NCBI GenBank assembly: GCA_041920275.1
Contig: JAYRSE010000007.1
Location: forward strand, 20,517 to 84,516
Length of the DNA stretch: 64,000 nucleotides
Reading direction: 5' to 3'
Source of the DNA: Minisyncoccota bacterium
GTDB lineage: Bacteria; Patescibacteriota; Minisyncoccia; Phycocordibacterales; UBA12088
Part shown: positions 58,101-64,000 of the stretch, piece by piece
Layout: each line of letters opens with the position of its first letter
Position numbering within the stretch: the first letter of the stretch is position 1
Notes under the pieces: generated by a model
The model's input: only the letters and a program-made list of their open reading frames with translations
Told to the model about the DNA's origin: nothing
Database searches by the model: none
Made by a program: the position numbers and the translations under genes

Positions 58101-58622
58101 CGTTGCACCGATCCTAAACGGAATATCACTTTCATGAATACTGTTTGGTGCCCCCTCAATTCTACCCAAGGACAAACCGTCGAGATAGAACTCAACCGTG
58201 CCACTACTCGCGGAATAAACCCCCGCAAGGTGGTGCCACTCTCGAACCGGTATGGCATGGTCAAGAGAAATCCATTTATGCGAACTGCCATCTGATATGA
58301 GCACATTTATCTGTCCGGCATGCTCCGCATTGAGCGAGAGTGCATAACTTCGCTTATCTGAACCGGCATCACCATCATATTTTCCGACAACAACCATATC
58401 CCGTTCAGTTTCCGCACTAACCTTGATCCACGCTTCCAATGTACTATCCGAGGCAACATCGAGACCTTGCTCACAGCAATCCCGCACTTCCAAGTAGGTA
58501 CGGTTTGCGGCAATGAGTTCGGAAGAAGTTGCATTTGATGCTGCGTACATGTGGGTCGGACTGATGCTCCACAACAGCGCAAGTACGTACAATAATTTAT
58601 TTCTGTGAGTTTCCAGAAACAT
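55116..58622 (-). CDS. Large secreted protein: 2x LamG/ConA-like domains plus an alpha/beta-hydrolase (LCAT/lipase-like) domain
   Basis: Signal peptide; WHHLAG...FDGLIDEVRVW and DGLVDEVGVWNRAL; FLPGIMGS, PYDWR, AHSNGG and GDGTV motifs. Confidence 0.85.
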   Translation of the reverse strand: MFLETHRNKLLYVLALLWSISPTHMYAASNATSSELIAANRTYLEVRDCCEQGLDVASDSTLEAWIKVSAETERDMVVVGKYDGDAGSDKRSYALSLNAEHAGQINVLISDGSSHKWISLDHAIPVREWHHLAGVYSASSGTVEFYLDGLSLGRIEGAPNSIHESDIPFRIGATSVGSKTGGFFDGLIDEVRVWSVARTGEEIRRDMRRVLTGSEPGLEGYWRMENDFNDLSPNGNHLIPENGPTFSEDVPFFEGDGPGGEQPDAISASEELLNGLVSYWPMDEESGVREDVHGGGDLQSMNAHSSSGVQNRALELRAAEHSYLAANQSDMEAESSSAPFSYSFWVRLNNYPSNDNFYTILSRWVKSENRGTYFNIDYVHDNGTNILRLYYASNSEYVVIFPVQDIALSFHHVVAVVDPGTQKAKLYINGLLVGSTGVDFGDAHGIENSFFEIGRFRDGNGNILPRYTDGLVDEVGVWNRALTAEEVAMLYNDGKGLPYGVGGEPDDAVSSVAFLPGIMGSRLYTANGEGEEQKRWESVLAGDILTLAMREDGTSQSTALYTRDVIDEIRPVDGLGSFGDAYGGWIRFMNDLVTEGTLKEWKALPYDWRLATDELFLHGRDLGEGRVSYVTPLPTEGEGAVPFLLSELTGLAERSPTGKVTIVAHSNGGLVAKNLLRYLEATDHPLLGKIDALVLVASPQAGTPKALREMLHGMDMPAQQTLRDVVVDMPGAYGLLPSPHLMTLLTEPVVEASENVRTLPLMQDMAGRNITAHEDLRKFLIGELGTRSELSTLGYLHPNLLNAPLLASSTAMHAGVDTWKAPAGVRVVQMVGAGLWTPRGIAYSAYDRRTSSGTTLKSLRTEWLANMDGDGTVLARSAESGEADETYYLNMRRYNEFTQENHAHGNILSTTPAQVLIEQVVLKGLPNVPLHLSTTMETERPPRFEARVYSPVDIHLYGGGGKHTGVTGESPTDLGRYYEAEIPNSYYEEWADVKYAGAVLSSDPVELALDGTDEGEFTLEIDKYEGGNHMVPYRWHRVPVRAVSRGSLFVEEGGEPKLAYDYDGDGDVDRTLASGEVFEPWMAYEVSFVGLREAIRDAKMATSLETWFLARVTLAQQLYKKSGKGNVISAKVVLESVARSAELQSGKGVEPGAAKTIATLARAVGAGL

Positions 58623-58836
58623 ATGATGTGGTTTTTACTTAGTAAATTTTGATACATACTATCACGCAATAATGAAGTGAGGGTAGCGGTGCTATGTGGG
58701 TATCAAACCAAAGTCGAATACACCTGAGCGGTCTGCGCCCCCAACATAACGATCGCTGATATTTTCTACAGCGACATCAGCGCAGCATTGCCCTTGGCAT
58801 CCATGTGCCGTATGCTTGAATCACTTTCAAAAACGC

Positions 58837-60099
58837 ATGGGATCGATACGAGAAAAAATATATCAACTCCTTCGCCGAAGCGAGAAATACACCAAAACAG
58901 ACATGGTCTACCTGGTGCGCGGCGGCACCTGGCTCGGTGTCGGACAAGTCTTGACCACGCTTCTAAGTTTCACGCTCACGGTCGCACTTGCGCATTTCCT
59001 TGCAAAGACCGAGTACGGCGACTATCGGTACGTACTTTCCGTATTTGCTATCCTCAGCGCCTTTACCCTCACCGGCATCAGTACTGCCATTGTACAGTCC
59101 GTTGCACACGGCTACGAGGGGGCACTGCGCCAAGGCGTACGCCTCACCGTGCGCTGGAGCATGCCTGCAGTCACACTCTCCCTCATTGGCGCCGGCTACT
59201 ACGCATGGCGTGGTAACTTTTTTCTTGCGTCTTCACTCATGCTGGTGGCATGCATCATGCCCCTCATCCACACCTTCGGTCTCTATGCAAGCTACCTCAA
59301 CGGGAAAAAGGATTTCAAACGCCTGAGTTTCTATAACTTCATAGACAATGCGGTGCCCATCATCGCAGTGCTCTGCTCCCTCATCTTCACCACGAACGTC
59401 CTTGTGCTCCTCGTTGTGTACTTTGCCTCAAGCACCCTTGTCGGTCTCGCTATGTACATCCGCACACTCGTGCACTACAAACCTGTCCAAAACGAGGACC
59501 CGGGACTGAAACGCTACAGCAAACGCCTGAGTCTTCTCAATATCGTTTCACTTGTCACCCAGCACGTGGACAAGGTTATCGTGTACACCACAATCGGCAG
59601 TATCGAACTTGCGATCTACGGCTTTGCGATAGCCTTCCCCGACCAGATACGTGCACTCCTCAAGAACCTCACCACGCTCATGGTACCGAAACTTGCCGAG
59701 CCGTCGCGGGCGCACGCACGTCTCGAGATAGGTCGAAAAACCCTCCTCTTGGGAGGAGGGCTTGTCGTCATAACGCTAGCATATATCGGGGTCGCGCCAT
59801 TCTTGTACCAGATATTCTTCCCTCAGTACGCCACCGAGTCGGTCGGCTACTCAAGAATACTGGCACTCATGATACTCTCATCACTCGTGGTCATCCCGAC
59901 CGCATACTTCACGGCGCGCAAGGAAGAAACAAAACTCGCATCCGCAACTATCGGCAGTTCCCTGGCACAGCTTGCGATACTCTGGCCAGCGGCACACTAC
60001 GGGGGGCTCACCGGTGTCTGTGTTGCACGCGTCCTCTCATCCTTCGTGATGACGGGTATTTCATACCGCCTGCTGCGCGATTGTCTGCAGAAAAAGTAG
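58837..60099 (+). CDS. Oligosaccharide flippase (Wzx/MOP family)
   Basis: About 12 TM helices; EYGDY and DKVIV...ELAIYG motifs. Confidence 0.85.
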   Translation: MGSIREKIYQLLRRSEKYTKTDMVYLVRGGTWLGVGQVLTTLLSFTLTVALAHFLAKTEYGDYRYVLSVFAILSAFTLTGISTAIVQSVAHGYEGALRQGVRLTVRWSMPAVTLSLIGAGYYAWRGNFFLASSLMLVACIMPLIHTFGLYASYLNGKKDFKRLSFYNFIDNAVPIIAVLCSLIFTTNVLVLLVVYFASSTLVGLAMYIRTLVHYKPVQNEDPGLKRYSKRLSLLNIVSLVTQHVDKVIVYTTIGSIELAIYGFAIAFPDQIRALLKNLTTLMVPKLAEPSRAHARLEIGRKTLLLGGGLVVITLAYIGVAPFLYQIFFPQYATESVGYSRILALMILSSLVVIPTAYFTARKEETKLASATIGSSLAQLAILWPAAHYGGLTGVCVARVLSSFVMTGISYRLLRDCLQKK

Positions 60100-60119
60100 T
60101 AGCGAGTGCCGGCAGATGC

Positions 60120-61796
60120 CTACTTCGGCACCATATACTTGTCTTGATATCGTTCGTACTCCCACGTCTTCCATGGCATGAAGTCGAAGATGTCGGTGTG
60201 TGTGTCCATGGTCCCCGCGCTCAAGGGCGCCTGCTCATACACAACCACATGGTCAAACTCGTTCGCACATTCTTGCGTATACTGCGACCTCTCTCTTAGA
60301 TACGTCACATCCAAAAGTTCTACACCGTTCGGCGGTTCACTTTCGAGCAGTTGGGTCCACGTGGTCGCTTCGCGCTCCACCGGGGTCAAGAACCTATGGT
60401 ACGCCTCGTAAGTGTGCGGATGACCGAGCGGTCCGTGCTGTACGACCAATACTTCTGTACCGGGGTCTTCCTGTTGCCATGCAAGAATACTTGCGACAAC
60501 CCGCTTGTCCGGCGGACCGGCAAGCATCATACGCTCACGACCAATCAGATAGTACCCATTCACAAGAGATGCCACGATGCCCGTAACCACAATGAGTTTG
60601 TATCCCCACATGCGTAGACCACCCCGTGCGTGCAGATGCGCAAACAATCCCACTCCAAAGACTAAGAGGAGAGCGACAGTGGGCAACATGTACCTGCTTA
60701 CGTGCTGTGTGGGAATGCTGAATACAAGATAGTGTGTAAGTGCGGGCAACACAATCACCGGAACCCATAGCTGTTCGCGCCACCAGAGACGTGGCAACCG
60801 GTAGATGACATACGCGAACGCAACAACCAGCGCATGCATACTACTGAGTATGACGAGCGCATACGGTACCAACGAGTTTGTTACACCACCGACCGAGGTC
60901 ACATCAAGAATAGCACCCAGGTCGTCCAACGGCTCACCAATCCCTACCATACCAAGCATGCGTATGAACGCATAGGGATGCCAAAACACAACAAGCGCAC
61001 AGCCCGCACCATAGAGTGCCCCAAACCATGCAAACTCCTTCAAGCGTGCCACATCTTTCTTCAAGATCCATACCGCCAAGAGTGGTATCCACATCACCTG
61101 GTACATAATAGGCAGGTAGCTCACCCCGAAGGATATGATTCCCAAGATAACACTTGCGATCCAATACCGCTTGCGCCCCTCTGCTTCATAGATACGAAGC
61201 GCGCAGTACAACTGCCACAACAGCACCGTAACCACGACGACCCAATGTTTGAACAGTGCACCATAGGAAAAGTAGAGGTAGTTTGTGGCAAGCAACCCTG
61301 TGGCAAGCCACGGCAACCAAGGCGCACCGCTCGGATTCAGAGTGCGGGTGTGAAAGAGTGTGAACATGGCAATCAACCCGGCAAAACTTATGAGCGCCGC
61401 GATCACACGCAAAAGCACAATTACTCCACCCCAGTCCCACAGCAAAAAATCACGGTACTCGGCGGGACTACGTATCCCATGCCACACAGCTTCCGCGACA
61501 AGGTCACCAGCTATTGCAGGTAAAGCAACGACCGAGAGTATCGGACCATAATATACGGATGTCTCGTTCCTCAGGCCGAGCGGGTTCATGTCCCGCAACA
61601 TGAACAGCGCACCATACACCGGCGCTTGCTCATCTCCCACGTACGACATGTAGAGGGGTGTTTGTTGCGCCCCGTACGTGATGCTCCCCAAGTGGCCGAG
61701 GGCCCAAAGCCCTGCAAACACCACCACAAAGAGCACGTGTTGGTACCGCTTCACATACTGCACACACCCTGCAATGCTATGGCCACCGTGTTGCAT
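60120..61796 (-). CDS. GT-C-fold (ArnT/PMT-like) membrane glycosyltransferase, paralog 2
   Basis: SYVGDEQ after TM1; many TM helices; RYMLP motif. Confidence 0.7.
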   Translation of the reverse strand: MQHGGHSIAGCVQYVKRYQHVLFVVVFAGLWALGHLGSITYGAQQTPLYMSYVGDEQAPVYGALFMLRDMNPLGLRNETSVYYGPILSVVALPAIAGDLVAEAVWHGIRSPAEYRDFLLWDWGGVIVLLRVIAALISFAGLIAMFTLFHTRTLNPSGAPWLPWLATGLLATNYLYFSYGALFKHWVVVVTVLLWQLYCALRIYEAEGRKRYWIASVILGIISFGVSYLPIMYQVMWIPLLAVWILKKDVARLKEFAWFGALYGAGCALVVFWHPYAFIRMLGMVGIGEPLDDLGAILDVTSVGGVTNSLVPYALVILSSMHALVVAFAYVIYRLPRLWWREQLWVPVIVLPALTHYLVFSIPTQHVSRYMLPTVALLLVFGVGLFAHLHARGGLRMWGYKLIVVTGIVASLVNGYYLIGRERMMLAGPPDKRVVASILAWQQEDPGTEVLVVQHGPLGHPHTYEAYHRFLTPVEREATTWTQLLESEPPNGVELLDVTYLRERSQYTQECANEFDHVVVYEQAPLSAGTMDTHTDIFDFMPWKTWEYERYQDKYMVPK

Positions 61797-61800
61797 GTTC

Positions 61801-63432
61801 TTATCGCAATCGCTCGTATCGAGGCATAAGCATGTCCCAATGCCACAACCTGAGTAGATTTTGGTCCATGTAGTCGAACTGGTTGATCTCGGGCTCCCGG
61901 GGAATGACGTGCATGAAAACTGCGTCGTACCCATCGATACTTCCCGGGTTGGGTCCGTACTCTTGTGGCCACACGTAGCGCACATTGAGTGGCTCCACAC
62001 CCTCCGGAAGAGCGGTCTCCATGATTGCTTTATACAGATTGGTGTCTTGCCTTCCCCGCTTTTCAATATACGCCGCGTACGCCTCTTTGGTGTGCACGTG
62101 CCCGAATATGTACCCCTGAATCAGCGCGACCGGTGTATCGGATGTTTTCTGTGCCGCAAGAATTTCAGGCAGTACCACGTGCTCCGCTGGGCCCCGAGCG
62201 TATATGCTCATCCACCGTGCGATGTGTATTCCGTGATACAGCGCATAGAGAATGAACAACCCGGAGAGCACGATACCCGCCTTGGTAAGTCCAGGAGTCT
62301 GTTGGCGATACTGCATCCACGCAACAATCGTTGCAAGAAGTAGCATGAGTATCACCGGCAACATGTACCGACCTTCGTGATGAGCGGAAGGTGCGAAGAG
62401 AAGGAGTGTGGTGATGGTGACAGCACCAAACATCCAAAGCCATGCAACATGCTTGCGCAAACCCGCACGGGAAAGCACATAGAGCAGTACGCCAAAAGCA
62501 AGCACAAGAGGCGCGTGATTGAGTAATATTTCAGTGCCGTAATACCCCCACGAGGATGCCCCACCCGCGAGAGGATTTTGCGTTGTTCCCAGACCCCCCG
62601 CAGTTCCACTATTTAAACCAACGAAACCAAGTAATCTAAAAAATGCGTACGGATGCCACCACAAGACGAGCGCGCATCCTGCCGTGAAGCCCATTGCATA
62701 GCGATAGAGATGACGTCGCACAACCGTTTCGCCCGCACGCCACAATGTGAATGCGATTGGCAAAAATGCAACCATGTACATCGCACTGATGTAGCTTATT
62801 CCAAAACTTGCCACGGAAAGTGCGCCATGCATCCACCACAAAAAAGCCCGCTTTCCTTCCGTTTCTTTAATACGTATTGCAAGATACAGTTGCGCAAAGA
62901 GAATTACGAGTACAAAAAGCCAGTGTTTGAAAAAGTGGGAATATTGAAAATAGTAGTAATTCAGCGCCACAAGCCCAACACCAAATAATGCATAGCGTTG
63001 CACGCCAAGAGGGTTGAGTGTCTTGGTCATAAAGAGCAGATACAAAATGTACAGACCGAGCACAGACGCAAGCACGCTTGTAAGGCGTATCCCTACTACT
63101 ATTCCACCCCAATCCCACAAGATGCTGTCGCGATACGCTTCCGCCGAACATGCTTTTTCGCTGACACACTTATATACAAAATCCCCTACCACCGCAGGCA
63201 GAGCAAGTGTAGCAAATACTGGGCCGTAGTAGAGCGTGGTTACATTGCGAAGTCCGAGAGGACTCTTCTCCTGAAGCATGTGTAGTGCACCATTTACCGG
63301 CGACTGCTCATCGCCCACATAGGATTGATGTAAGGGAAGCTCGCGCGTGCCATAGGTGATGCCCACTGTATGGAGCGCTAGCCATCCGAAAACAAGAGTC
63401 CCCAGCAAGATCCTCTTCTTAAAAATTCCCAT
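61801..63432 (-). CDS. GT-C-fold (ArnT/PMT-like) membrane glycosyltransferase, paralog 1
   Basis: SYVGDEQ, YYGP, WDWGG, FKHW and RYMLP are shared with the neighbouring gene. Confidence 0.7.
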   Translation of the reverse strand: MGIFKKRILLGTLVFGWLALHTVGITYGTRELPLHQSYVGDEQSPVNGALHMLQEKSPLGLRNVTTLYYGPVFATLALPAVVGDFVYKCVSEKACSAEAYRDSILWDWGGIVVGIRLTSVLASVLGLYILYLLFMTKTLNPLGVQRYALFGVGLVALNYYYFQYSHFFKHWLFVLVILFAQLYLAIRIKETEGKRAFLWWMHGALSVASFGISYISAMYMVAFLPIAFTLWRAGETVVRRHLYRYAMGFTAGCALVLWWHPYAFFRLLGFVGLNSGTAGGLGTTQNPLAGGASSWGYYGTEILLNHAPLVLAFGVLLYVLSRAGLRKHVAWLWMFGAVTITTLLLFAPSAHHEGRYMLPVILMLLLATIVAWMQYRQQTPGLTKAGIVLSGLFILYALYHGIHIARWMSIYARGPAEHVVLPEILAAQKTSDTPVALIQGYIFGHVHTKEAYAAYIEKRGRQDTNLYKAIMETALPEGVEPLNVRYVWPQEYGPNPGSIDGYDAVFMHVIPREPEINQFDYMDQNLLRLWHWDMLMPRYERLR

Positions 63433-64000
63433 TACTTCTTTTTGCATACTGCCAAGATAGAGACTCCGAGAGGAAACGAAACATAGCGAAGGAGCTTAAT
63501 TTCAAGGGAAAATATTTTATATAGCAACAAATTAACAAAACCATTCCTCGGCTTGTACTCATCAACAACCTTGTGTCGTATTACCCTTGTCAAAAGCCGT
63601 GTTGCAAGAATAGGAAAAAATAGAATGGAGTTAAAATAAGAAAATTTTTGGATCGAGAATCCACCACTTTCAAGAGTTCTTCGAAACATTCTTTTTGTAT
63701 ACCGCCTCTTGTGTTGACTCACATCATCTGTCTCACCCCACAAAATCATAAGTGCAGGTACAAACAATATTGCAACACCTCCTGGCTTTAAAATTCTATA
63801 AATTTCTCGTGCTCCCAGAGTATCATTGTCAATATGCTCAAGCACATCAAGGCAAACCACGACATCAAAATAATTATCTTCAAAAGGAATGCTCGTTACA
63901 TCGCCAATCTGCACATTTTGCAAGCCCCTTTCGTGACAAAATTTTACTGATTCTTCTGAAAAATCTACTCCATACACGACACCCTTTTCACTGAGTTCAT
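63432..64000 (-). CDS. Class I SAM-dependent methyltransferase (5' end outside the window)
   Basis: YGVDFS, FDVVVCLDVLEH and ILKPGG motifs; the frame stays open to the window end. Confidence 0.88.
   Translation of the reverse strand, partial: ELSEKGVVYGVDFSEESVKFCHERGLQNVQIGDVTSIPFEDNYFDVVVCLDVLEHIDNDTLGAREIYRILKPGGVAILFVPALMILWGETDDVSQHKRRYTKRMFRRTLESGGFSIQKFSYFNSILFFPILATRLLTRVIRHKVVDEYKPRNGFVNLLLYKIFSLEIKLLRYVSFPLGVSILAVCKKK

Noticed and set aside
1-64000. CRISPR array, tRNA/rRNA genes, prophage, TGA recoding
   Set aside because: No regularly spaced repeats, cloverleaf motifs or phage hallmark genes were seen by eye, and conserved genes end at TGA with intact frames.

Overview
A 64 kb stretch of a bacterial chromosome (standard code, TGA used as stop). 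Gene content and style point to a Patescibacteria/CPR (Parcubacteria-like) genome; this is inferred from the sequence, not from a database search. Housekeeping genes include lexA (partial), pyk, ddl, uvrC/uvrA/uvrB, tgt, pth, lepB, a degenerate HisRS paralog, rpsU, ybeY, ftsA, ftsZ, trxB, secA and murB. There is an alpha-glucan cluster (GT4, GH57, DUF5752-like, GH15) and the start of a surface-glycan locus. Many core genes appear leaderless. The most notable elements are: (1) an HUH/RAYT-type Y1 transposase with four identical 25-nt hairpins, two flanking it, one in-frame inside its own gene and one solitary 37 kb away; (2) a four-gene operon with three ATP-grasp domains, a MurL-like protein and a PLP decarboxylase; (3) an unknown basic protein behind a promoter whose spacer is a perfect LexA-type palindrome; (4) a divergent trio of exported Cys-motif proteins, two sharing a C-terminal CxxxCD motif; (5) several unannotated microproteins and a candidate structured RNA. 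No rRNA, tRNA or CRISPR array was seen. All family assignments are by eye from motifs; start codons were often moved from the ORF track.
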